Origin: the human T2T-CHM13v2.0 reference genome, Homo sapiens | DNA: 64,000 nt | Reading direction: 5' to 3' (one strand) | Assembly: GCF_009914755.1 (NCBI RefSeq) | Contig: NC_060928.1 | In this document: piece by piece, positions 15,040-27,090 of the stretch | Layout of the letters: every line of letters starts with the position of its first letter | Position numbering within the stretch: the stretch's first letter is position 1 | Position numbers and translations under genes: made by a program | Notes under the pieces: generated by a model | The model's database searches: none | What the model was told of the DNA's origin: nothing | Seen by the model: the letters and a program-made list of their open reading frames with translations, nothing else

Positions 15040-15333
15040 TCTTTTTTTTTTGAGACAGGGTCTCACTCTGTCCCCCAGGCTGGAGTGAAGTGGCATGATC
15101 TCAGCTCACTGTAGCCTGCGCCTCCTGGATTCAAGAGTTTCTCCTGCCTCAGCCTCCCAAGTAGCTGGGATTACAGGCATGCACCACCAAGCCCGGCTAA
15201 TTTTTTTTTTTTTTGTAGAGATGTGGTTTCACCATGTTGGCCAGGCTGGTGTCGAATTCCTGACCTCAGGTAATCTGCCCACCTCAGCCTCCCAAAGTGT
15301 TGGGATTACAGGTGGGAGCCACTGCTCCCGGCC
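15040..15333 (-). mobile_element. AluS, 73 bp from the TM1-TM2 exon acceptor
   Basis: Full antisense Alu; exact TSD tcacaatttc at 15030-15039 and 15334-15343. Confidence 0.94.
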
Positions 15334-16699
15334 TCACAATTTCATTTTGATAAGGATTCTGTTATAAAACTTTCCATGACAATGAAAAGAGTCTCGTATT
15401 GATTCTTGAAAAAATATTTTTCACTGTTAGCATCAAGAAGCAATGTAGTAAAGAGAGCGTACTCTTTTAGGAAATAGTAGGAAACTTTATTACTTCCGAC
15501 TTGAAAAGTGCTTTACACTTGTCAAGATATCCAAAGATTTATTATTTCACTTGATTACGACAATTGCTTCTGAGGCAGACAGGAGAAATATATACTTATT
15601 ATATAAAGATCTTCTTTACTCATAGACTGTTTCTGGTGTTTTGAGTGCTTCTTTAGAGCCAGGTGCTATTTGTTGCAGAAGCCTTTCCATTTTCTTTAAA
15701 GTAAGTGCTAGAGGATAAACACAATTGAACACGAATTATTCCTTGAATAATAAAGCAAACAAATAGGAAAATATGTGTTATTTCCCATTAATAAATTTGA
15801 AAATAACTTAAAAACACACTAAAAACAAAGGGATCCATTTGTACTATACACTTATGCTTTTATGTCTCTATTATTTACCTCTATTTTGGTAAGCAATACA
15901 TAGAGGAGTAAATGATGGTTTAATAAACATTAAGTCGATATTTTTTGCTTGTGTCCTGGTTCTACTCCCTACTCTATTGATATTGATTTATACTACTCTA
16001 TGTTATCTCTCCTTTATAAAAATTGTTCTTCTAAATCACCCAGTTCTTGGTTTAATTGTTTTTATTTGAGTTATTTCAAGAAGGATGAGGTCAGAAAGTT
16101 AACATTCTGCTCTTTAAGTAACATTCTGTTACTTATGATGAAAGAAAGATGTTAAAGAGCAATTGCTGTCCTATTGCTAGGTAGGGCTCAGTGCAAAGCT
16201 TCTATTCATGTGACTTGGGCCATGCGTGATTGCACAGGTGATGCACAGGCACTATATCTGGATGAACCCATGCATGTGTTTCCAGAGCTTAAGTCTCAAC
16301 AAAAGTTCATAAAGTCCAGAAAACGTGGATTCCACTCTTAAGTGAATAGCAATCAGAAACATATGTGCAAACCATACATGATCCTTTTATTGATTTATCA
16401 AATATATACAAAATGCCTAAAGATTCCTGAAATATATGAAAATACTTTAGATTTTAAAGTGCTATTAAATATAAAGATTTAAATTTTGCTATGAGAAATA
16501 ATGAAATGGAATAAAACAAGAATAACTGAAACATATTTATAATATCAGTTAAATAACTCACTAAGTAATCCCATAGCATAATTAGTAACAAATACTAACC
16601 ATTCAGATACTTTGTATAAATTCTCTAAATTTCAGGTGATTCTCAAGGAAAAAAATAAGCTCCACTGTGTTTTTATTTAAAAAGAGTGTTTTTCAAAGT

Positions 16700-17828
16700 T
16701 CAAAATCACTAATCATCAGAAAAATGCAAATCAAAACCACAATAAGTGCAATCCCAGCACTTTGGGAGGCCGAGGCGGGAGAATCATGAGGTCAGGAGAT
16801 GGAGACCAACCTGGCTAACCCGGTGCAACCCCGTCTCTACTAAAAATACAAAAAATTAGCCAGTCGTGGTGGTGGGCGCCTGTAGTCCCAGCTACTCAGG
16901 GGGCTGAGGCAGGAGAATGGTGTGAACCTGCTTGCAGTAAGCGGAGATCTTGCCACTACATTCCAGCCTGGGTGACAGAGCGAGACTCCAACTCAAAAAA
17001 ACAAAACAAAACAAAGCAAAATAAGATATTATCTCACCCCAATGAAATAACTATTATCAAAAAGGCAGAAAATAACAAATGCTGATGAGGAAGCAGAGAA
17101 AGGGGAACACTTGTACACCATTGGTGGGAATATAGATTAGTCCAGCTACCGGAGAAAAGAGTATAGGAGTTCCTTTAAAAAGTAAAAATAAAGGTACCAT
17201 ATGGACTACGGGGTATATATCCAAAAGAAAGAAAATCAGTGTATTGAAGAGATACATGTTTGTTGAAGCCCTATTCACAATAGCTAAGATAAGGAACCAA
17301 CCCAAGTGTCCCTCAGTGGAAGAATGGATAAAGAAAATGTAGTGTATATACACAATGGAATATTATTCAAACAAAAAAGAATGCAATTCTATCATTTGTA
17401 GCAACATGGATAGAACTAGATGAAATAAGCCAGGCATAGAAAGACAATATCACATATTATTATTCACATGTGGGAGCTAAAATAATTGACTTCATGGTTG
17501 TAGTAAAGCAAATAGTGGTTTCGAGAGGCTGAGAAGAAGGCAGGTGAAGAGGTTGGTGAGTGGGTTTAAAAATACACTTAGAATGAATAAATTCTAGTGT
17601 TCAATAGCATAATGGGGACAATTACAGTTAACAATACTTTATCGTACATTTCAAAGTAGAAAGAAGAAAAGATTTGGAATGTTCCCAACACAAAGAATTG
17701 ATAAATCTATGAGGTGATAGATGTCCCAATTACCCAGATTTGATCATTACAGATTTTATGTTTGTATCAAAATATCACATGTACCTCCAAAAACATGTAC
17801 AGCTATTATGTATCTATAAAAATTAAAA
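16700..17828 (+). mobile_element. L1MA-like 3' end interrupted by an Alu
   Basis: atcactaatcatcagaaaaatgcaaatcaaaaccac...aagtgtccctcagtggaagaatggataaagaaaatg...tgttcccaacacaaagaa...aatatcacatgtacc. Confidence 0.85.
16748..17020 (+). mobile_element. AluY-like, 5'-truncated, nested in L1
   Basis: aatcccagcactttgggaggccgaggcgg...ggagaatggtgtgaacc...(caaaa)n tail; aataag repeated at both flanks. Confidence 0.9.
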
Positions 17829-18985
17829 AATGTTTTTATAATATTGCTGGGAAAGAAAATAAAGGGATACACACATGAACACAAATATACACCATTGCTT
17901 GTACATAAATAAATATACTCAGTATATGTGGATCTGATGAGATAAAAGAACAAGTTGGACAAAAAAATCCATCACTTATGCATGGCAGCAGACCCCAGAA
18001 ATACAGTGATCAACAGAATAAATATAATACAAACTTAGGGCAATGAAAGAAACATGCAAAAAATAAGTAAACATAAAATTGAATGATATAATTTCAGATG
18101 GTGAAAGCAGAATTTGGGCGTTTAACATATATTGTTACATATGGATGTTTCAAGAGTTGGCATTTGAATAACCCTGAAGAAAGTGGGAGTATTAGGCTTG
18201 GAACAATTTCAGGAAGAACTTTACATGCAGAAGGAAGAGCAAGAGCAAAGGCCCTGAGACAGACAGAGATGAGTTTGGTGTATATAAGCAAGCAAGTCAT
18301 TGTGGCAGGGTATTACGGAGCAAGGGGAAGAGAGGTAAAAGATTTTGGAGAAATTATTAGAAGGAGACAGATCATAGGATGCTGTAGCACATAACTAATA
18401 AATACTTCAGGATAGTGAAAATAAAACTGAATAAATCCTCTAATTTTGTGCAATTAATTTGTGTATGAAAACATTTTTAACTTAAGTATATTTCATTTTC
18501 TGGGGGGAAAGGGTATTTTATAAATGTGGTTCTTAGGTAACCTACTATTGTTGTTTGTTGTATTTTCACAAGCAACATAAAAGGTATATGTGGTATCTAG
18601 GCCTATTATTGGAAAACAAAAGATTCTTGTGTAATGTAAAAGCAAATATGAAATGGAGTCTGGGATCTGAAGCAAATTAACCACATACTTGAATGAGGAC
18701 TCTATGAGATGCTTTTATTCTCTACATAATTTGGGCACGTTATTTTGCTTCTGGACAGTACAGTGCTTCTAGAATGTAAAGTTGTAAGATCTCTATGATA
18801 CCACCCAAGATGTCCCATTCCTTGCTTATAGTAGGCATTCATAAATGTAAGTTCTTTTCCTTTAAGCTGTAATAGCTCATTTGATAACTCAAGGAAGTAT
18901 GCAAACTTACTTTACACTAAGGAAGTGTCTTGAGACCCTCTATCATAAAAATTCATCCCTAATTGATGTTTATAACTTCACCTCT

Positions 18986-19437
18986 TGTTCTGGATTAAAT
19001 GATATCTCCCTAAGATTCATGTCCACCCAGAACGTGTGAATGTGAACTGACTTGAAAATAAAGTATTTGCAGATACAATCAAGTTAAAATGAAATTGTCC
19101 TGGATAAGAGGGGGTCCCAAATCCAACATTACTTATGTCCTTATAGAAAGAGGGAAATTTGGACATGGAAACACAGACACACAGGGGAATCCCATGTGAC
19201 TCTGGAGGCAGAGACTGAAATGATGCATCTGCAAGCTGAGAAACAAGGTTTTCCAGAAATAGGTAGTCAGGAAGAGACAGGGAACAACTCTTCCCTAAAG
19301 CTTTGAGGGAAAGCACGGCCCTGCTGACACCTTGAATTTTGGACTCCTACCCTCCAGAACTGCGAGAGAACACATTTCTGTTGTTTTAAGACACCGTTTG
19401 TGATAGGTTATTATGGCAGCCCTAGAAAACTAATATA
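18986..19437. mobile_element. MLT1B/C-like MaLR solo LTR
   Basis: tgttctggattaaatg...ccctaagattcatgtccacccagaac...ctccagaactgcgagagaacacatttctgttgttttaag...gcagccctagaaaactaata. Confidence 0.85.
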
Positions 19438-20475
19438 TCTCCCTAAGCCAACTCTAGGGGATTTTTAGCATCTGTCTAAGGGAACTGAGCAAGGACAGTG
19501 CTATTGACTTGCCTGCTCTTTATCTTTGTGTTGAGATGTTAAACTTGAACTCCCTAATAAGTTAGATATCAGCTTCATCTCTGAGTTAAAAGGAAAATGG
19601 TAGTGACTTTTTGATCCGATATTGTGAATTTGCTAAGGAGATAAGAGAGACTAGGGACTTTGAATAGTGAAAGGTCACAGCACAGTTCTGGAAAATGCTG
19701 AGTCCACGATGAATCATAGTTACTGTAATGAAATGATAAGAACAGAAGCTGATGCTAGTGGGAGGTCATGTACTCACCACAATGGAGTGATGCCTCAATC
19801 ATGGGCTGTTTAATGGCATTCAGAGAATTCCATTACTTTCTAACTGTATGTATACATTCTAACTGTATAGTTAGAATACGTCTTATGGAAATAGCCCATG
19901 TTAGTTAAAGCAACTGAACAGAATTTGCCGATGTACAAATATCACATTGAGTCTCTCAATTCTTAGTGTTGAGAACTATATCTGATATTTATCTCAAGTG
20001 TCTTAGTGTGAATAGTAGATGCTTAGGTAAAAATACACTGAAATGCACGAAAATATGACAAAGGGAAAAATTAGGCAACAAAGCTTTTTTCTTTTTTAAA
20101 AAATGCAATTTAAAAAAAAATGTTCTTAACAGATACAGTGTTTACTGCCCAAGAATGGTTAAAAACACATTTTATTGTTCACAGAAATTAAAGGAATAGT
20201 TTTGGAAACATTATTACTATGTAATTATGAGCTTTTCATTAAAAATTATTTAAAGATAATTGAACACCAAGCATTACTTTCGTCTCATACAGACCAATTA
20301 TTTAACAATATGCAATGAATCAAAGTATTCATAGGTTTCAAATGCATCCATTTTCTGCTATATAAGAAAAACATTGATCTATGAACAGTTAAATAACTTA
20401 GCATTATAATGAAGAAACATCTGGATATCATAAAACCACAAGTAGTAAGTGTAAAGAACACTACTCAACCCCTAC

Positions 20476-20613
20476 CTGTATTGTAATGTTTAGTGCAGTA
20501 TCGTAAATCTTTTTCTTCTTTCAACAGAAACTGGGGCAAAGTGAGTCCTTCTGCCACTTGTACGGGTGCCTCATCTTGCCATTCAAAAATGAGATCATTC
20601 ATTGTGTACCCAA
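20476..20613 (-). CDS. GLRA3: Glycine receptor alpha-3 coding exon (138 nt, extracellular domain to loop C; probably exon 6)
   Basis: ttttgcctag|TT GGG TAC ACA ATG...TAC AAT ACA G|gtaggg translates (F)[45 protein letters not shown](G). [12 protein letters not shown] and PQFLLK match alpha-3 rather than alpha-1/2. Phase 1-1, in frame with both neighbours. Confidence 0.96.
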
Positions 20614-21028
20614 CTAGGCAAAACATAATAAAAATATGAATAGTCTAAAAAGGGCATTCAAAGAAAAGAAATGCAAATTACTTTATAGTCACATAGGATG
20701 AGAAGACCAAACAGTGTCATCTTATAGTAACTCTGTGGATGGAGCTATTCATTGCCCAATTCCGTTTCATAAATGTCTGTTGAAGTCTATTCACGTGGAA
20801 CTCCCACCAAATAATATGAGAAAACAAAATGGACTCATTAAAAGTATACCATGGCATGTCAAAACTTGAAGGGGCATGCATATACATTCTTTCCTTGGGA
20901 TGGGTAGCTACTAGATTAATTTTGTAATTTTCATTTTGATTTCATTCCATCTGGTTTCTCCTTACTTTCTTTCAAATTATTCAGGACTTTCTCAATAAAA
21001 ACTGAAATTGTCACTCGTTAGAAAATGA

Positions 21029-21322
<294 letters not shown>

Positions 21323-21340
21323 AGAAAAATGACTTAAACT

Positions 21341-21964
21341 TAGTGTAAGAATAAATGTCAGAAATCTCTTAATTATATACAGATTGCTCAAGGATTTAGG
21401 CATGTTAATTTTACTTCTGCTGTGTTTTGAATCTCTCCAGAGTTGCATGTAGATAGCATTTATTTCTGTGCACTTAAACCCATTTAGAAAATATCTACAA
21501 AGCAAAAATGGAGAGGAAATAGAAATTGATTTTTTCGTGAAGATTTTGATACACATTTCATCATTTAATGATTCACCAATTTCTTAGATTAATTTGAATT
21601 AAGTACTTAATTCAAAGAGAGGGTAGCATTCATTATTGATATATATGGGCTTTTAAAATTTCCATCCTTTATAAATAGTCAAGGTTTGGGCCAGACACAT
21701 TATATTTTTATCATGGAAAAATTTCAACTCCTTAAGCCATAATGTTGAATAGAATTGGAGTATTTTCTTTAGAATTTCTTGAACAGGCAAATGAAAGCTT
21801 ATTATAGAACTCATGTATTTTCTTTTCTCTTTGGAACATCTACACCAGTATATTGCTGGCAGCTATTGTATTTTAAAAAAAAGTATATTTTCACTACCAT
21901 AAAGGATTCTCTTTTTCCCCCTCATGAAAATAAATAACAACTTGGGGTTAAAAAAAAAAGAAAA
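21341..21964 (+). pseudogene. 5'-truncated processed retrocopy (3'UTR-like); parent not identified
   Basis: ~610 bp of non-repeat-like AT-rich sequence; AATAAA at 21929-21934, poly(A) from 21950, flanked by agaaaa(a)tgacttaaact at 21323-21340 and 21965-21981. Confidence 0.8.
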
Positions 21965-22399
21965 AGAAAATGACTTAAACTATAACATTTGTGGGGGAAA
22001 AGTACTACCACATAATGCCTCCTTGATTTAATCATTAAACATGGGACAGTTTGTGGAAGTGGAAACCTTTGCACATAATATCAGGGAATTCAGGATAGAA
22101 TTGATTAATGGATTTTGTAATAGGTCAGCAGCCTTTAGTAAACTAAAATTTCATATTTCTATATGGGAGGTATCTAAGAACTGCAGATTTTTATCTTCTC
22201 CTTCCCTCTGAGTGAGAAGCTATTGAAATGTATGTTTAAAGACTACTGCACAAAATGAGTCAAAAGTGAATGAGACCTGTGAGGCAGAATTGTTGTTACT
22301 TTGATCAATGAGTTTCTTGATGCACAATTACCATGGAGGTAGAGAGAGGAGGCACGGTGTGGCCTCTGAACCAAGTCAAATGGTCGGTATGTTAAAAGC

Positions 22400-22718
22400 G
22401 CTTGGGCGCAGTGTCTCACATCTGTAATACCAGCACTTTGGAAGGCCGAGGCGGGCCGATCAGCTGAAGTCAGGAGTCTGAGACCAGCCTGGCCAACATG
22501 GTGAAAGCCCGTTTCTACTAAAAAACACAAAAATTAGCCGGGCGTGGTGGTGGGCACCTCTAATCCCAGCTACTTGGGAGGCTGAGGCAGGAGAATCATT
22601 TGAACCTGGGAGGCGGAGGTTGTAGTGAGCTGAGATCGACCATTGCACTCCAGCCTGGGCAACAGAGTAAGACCCTGTCTCAAAAAACAAAACAAAACAA
22701 AGCAAAAAAAACAAAAAC
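22400..22718 (+). mobile_element. AluS
   Basis: Full sense Alu with (caaaa)n tail. Confidence 0.93.
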
Positions 22719-24649
22719 AGAAGCTCCAGGTCTGTGAGGCAGCACAGAAGGGAAATGGTCCCAAACAAATTCTCCTGGAAACAAGCTTGTATTGTAGAGA
22801 AGAGGCTATGTGAGTGACTGGAAACAACTGGCATGGAGCTGGTTAAGCTGAATAGAACATTGAGTAGGGAAAGGAACTGATCACCTTCCACCCTCCCCAA
22901 TACCTGGGAAAAACTCTCCCAGACACAGTGAAATCTGCTCCAGCTGTGGTGGTAGTGACTGGAGCCAGATGCCCTACCACACTTGACCCCTAGGTATATC
23001 TCACACCGTCCACTCTACAGGCAGTGGAGATGGTAGTAGCAAGAGCATCAGTAACCAGATCTCTTTAGACTGTATGGGATTCTGCTTCTGAAGTTTTCAG
23101 CAGAAGTATCATCAGTGTGACGGCTCATTATGGAGCAAGTGCTATTCGGTAGAGTTTGTGAAAGTCATTGAGATTGAAGGAAGCACACATCTACATCTGA
23201 ATTTTGACTCCAGAACAGATGTGGGAACCTGAAGGACTGTCCCCTAGGCTGATGGATTTAACACAGCAGGGACTTAATACCTGCTTATACTAGAATACAT
23301 TTCATTGACCCCTGCAATTAATAATGATTTGATTGGTAATAATAGAAAGCTTTCACTTTCATTCATAAATCCTTTAATATGTCCATTATAAATACCATTT
23401 TACCGAGAAAGTAGATGCACATTTCTCAATGATTTAAGGATAGCAAAATAGGCACCAATTCTACCTTCTGCCAGATAAGACATGTTTCTCATTCTTCCAC
23501 ACCTATAATCACTGAAGACAAAATATATGAGATTGTGTCCCAATTTAGACAGATGAATGGAAAAATGACCTGAAACTTCAATTCATTTTTATATTCTAAA
23601 TTTTTCTCAAGATATTCTGTGAAATGAAACTAGCTTTATGAAATTCCTTCAAAGACAAGCTTTATTTAGTGGCTAATACAATTTATAGACAGTATATGTA
23701 TCTTGCTTTTGTTTAAAACAGTCATCCACATTAGTTTAGGTATGTGTATTTCATAGTCATACTATTCTACTTCACTATGGTTCAAAAAATACTTAAGTTT
23801 GAAACCAGAAGGAAAATAGTAAGAGGCCATGGTTGGGGGCAATTCCTTTATTTGAGTAACTTACTGGTTGTTAATGATAACAACTAAGTGGTAATATTGT
23901 CTTAATAAACTCTCAAACATAATTTTAAAAAATCAATACTTTTTTACACAATTCAAAATGTTTTAAGATCCTTATGCTTTTGGTTGGCAGATCTTTATAC
24001 AAGTCTGAGAATGCTAAAGAGAACAGACTGGTTAATGAGATCAAGCTTGTGAGCTGAATTACCTGATACCACAATAAGCTTCCCAATGAAAACTAATTTA
24101 TTCAGGGAACAGACATTAACCCTAACTTCAGTCAACAATCTCATATGGTAGCTACAATAAAACATGTAAACCAATGGCTCAGGGCAACCAAACGCTTGTT
24201 TTACCAAATAGTTACTTATTGAGTACCAACTGTAAGGAAGATGTCCTGCTAGGCTTCAGGCAATGTGAGATATTATTGCCGAGTAAAGAGTAAGTGGCAC
24301 GAGACAGGCAGAAACTGCTGTGTGCATTTAGCGCGGGGTTCTGTGATATCTACCTAGGCCTCATTTGAGCTGGATCTTGAAAACAAGGCAGGGGCTTCAT
24401 ATAAAGTATGTAAAAGAAGGTGAGGCACTTCAGGCTCAAGAAGCAGCAAAATCATTTGAAAGAAACTGTGAACTCCCAAGGTTTATAATAGCAATGGGAA
24501 CAGCTTCATTTGTCTAGAGCCAGTTTGCATGAAGAAGCATATAAAGTGACAAATAATGTAAGATGATGTAAAGTTCAAATTTCCAGTTTAAAATTTTGAT
24601 CATTGGAATCTTTTGAGCAAGGGGTGAACCACAAAATTTGTGCTTGAGT

Positions 24650-25650
24650 AGCATTACTCTACCAGGATCCTTTCATGGAATTCACAAGGTCAAAACTGCT
24701 TTCATAACCATAATAAGACATTTGCCTTTTTCATTGAGTCAACATTTGCCCTGATGTTGAAAAAACAATGGTGGGTAAAACTTCTAGTGCTTTAACACAA
24801 ATAAAGGGGCTGGCACCAAACTGTGCTAGGAGTTACTGTATTTTTACTGCCATATCTTGCAGCAAAAACAATCCCATTTTTATTTATGAATGTCTTTGAT
24901 CCTTCATGAAACAGTAAATATCTTACAGTAAAAACAATGCCACTTTTATTTCGGAATGTTCTTGATCTTTGATGAAGCATTAACAATGATTAATTTTAGT
25001 AAATTTGGACCCTATGTAAGTACCTTTTAATATTCTGTGTGTCAAAATGGGAAGTCTGCACAAAATACTCAGCTGCAGGCTGTAATATGATTCTTTCAAG
25101 GAAAATCACTGGTGTGTTTGAGTTGCAAGCTGAACTAGCTTGGGGTTTTCGTGAAATACTATTTTTTATGTGAAAAAAATGGGTGGAAACTGGTTACTGT
25201 GCCTAGGTATTTGGCAGACCATTTTCTCAAAGATGAAGGAAGTGAACTTATCTGAACTTGTCATGTTAAGGGAACAACAGACAGTATTTGCTGTCAATGA
25301 TAAATTTTGAACTTTGAAGTCAAAATTGGAATTTTGGAGAAATTGTTGTTACACCATGAGCTTCATAGCTTCCCAATACTTAAGAGATTTTTTGATGGGC
25401 TTGATGGTGACATCCACAAATGTGATACTTTGATATGTACGATGAAGTGTGTCAGCTGTTTGGAAGATCTAAATAACTCATCAATCTGATATTTTCAAAA
25501 TGACCAAAACATGTTTAAAAAGCATACATGAAAGACCCATTCAAAGTGCAAGGTAGACAAGTTAGTTTTAATTTAAAAGAGTAGGAAGAGTTCATTGATA
25601 TGGTTTCCAATTCCACATTGCAATTAATCTTTAAGAGACTAAAAGTTTTT
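24650..25650 (+). mobile_element. hAT-Charlie (Charlie1-like) DNA transposon remnant
   Basis: Degenerate transposase wording ctaggtatttggcagaccattttctcaaagatg (LGYLAD-IFSKM-like) plus Charlie-like aggtcaaaact...ggtgggtaaaact...ggcaccaaactg. Ends approximate. Confidence 0.65.
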
Positions 25651-25988
25651 TGCCTTCAGAAGAAGGCAAAACAAAACAAAACAAAACGAAAACCCTCTCA
25701 TTCTTCTGCAGTGGTCCACAAGGATTATAAGTCAGAGGTAACACTTCAGTAGATAATTTAACCAAAATTGGCACATAATTAACTATGTGTTTACAGAAAA
25801 AAAAGGAAAATTTCAAAGTTTTCAGTCTAAGTCACTGACAAGTAGCTATGCAACAATATTTGCTTGTATTTCATACCTCATGACATTACAGTAGCTTTCT
25901 TTGACCATCTAATAAAACACCTTTCCTCCAGTTGCTCTACCTTACCTATTTTCTGTTTATTTTTTCCATAGTACTTATCCTTACCTGA

Positions 25989-25992
<4 letters not shown>

Positions 25993-26032
<40 letters not shown>
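25993..26032. repeat. (AT)~20 microsatellite
   Basis: Perfect AT run. Confidence 0.95.
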
Positions 26033-26035
<3 letters not shown>

Positions 26036-26241
26036 TCAGGTTTTGACATTATATATATTCATCAGATTTTTTATTTTGTTTTCCTACTTTGTCCCCTAGA
26101 ATTTATTCTTTATAGAAGCAGAGACTTATTCTGTTTTAGTCAGTGGCATATTTTCTATTACCTAAAATAGTATGTGGCCAGCATATAGCAGGTGCTTGAA
26201 TATTTGAATTAGAAATAGAGAAGGGATAAAGGGGAAGGAGG

Positions 26242-26243
<2 letters not shown>

Positions 26244-26288
<45 letters not shown>
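26244..26288. repeat. (GT)~22 microsatellite
   Basis: Perfect GT run. Confidence 0.95.
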
Positions 26289-26289
<1 letters not shown>

Positions 26290-27090
26290 CGTTATTTTGG
26301 GTTGCCTTGAATTTGAGATGGTAGCAGAAGATGCAGGTGTTGAGCCTAAGAAGTCTCAACATTGACTTATATGTTGAAGGTAGTTGAAATCATGGAACTA
26401 GATATTGGAAATGAGTTTAGGATTGGAGATTTAAGTTAAGAATCACTATCTACATATACTAATTAAAATTATTGATTATTTGAAAACATCAGAGAGGGAA
26501 TATGTAAATGAAGAGGAAGAGCTATAAAGAATCTTAGAGAACGCTTAGGAAGAGAAAAGTGATGACAGGAAAGTAATAATCAAAACAGAAAATCCAAAGA
26601 GGTACATTTCAGCTAAATAGAAATGAGAGTATCTAATGGAATTGTCTGATCATAGGATTTTAAGGTGATAAGTTTCCCACAAGCAGAGGCTGGGAAATCA
26701 TTTTTCAGGTATAAGAGACATTCAATGTTTTAGTTAAAACTAACTGGTTTATTTAAAGTAGATGAACTCTAAGGCTTTCCAACTCTTTGGTTTTATAAAA
26801 CAATTAAATATAGCTTTACAAACCTGTCTAATTAAAATGCACTATAAAATAAAACAATAAGAAGCATTTGGTTCTGTTATTGAAATAGGAAGACTCATCA
26901 AAGGAATCAAAGATAAAATTTAGAAAGAAATCTAAGTATGTATACACATCTAATAATTGTACTATTTGCAAGTATTGCAGTAAGAATAGTGGAATATCAA
27001 ATGGACCATAGCAATATGAATATCTGTGTAGCAGCAAAGTAAGATGTAGATATAATCTTGAGAGATGCGGAAAAAGCCTCTGAAGCCTGA

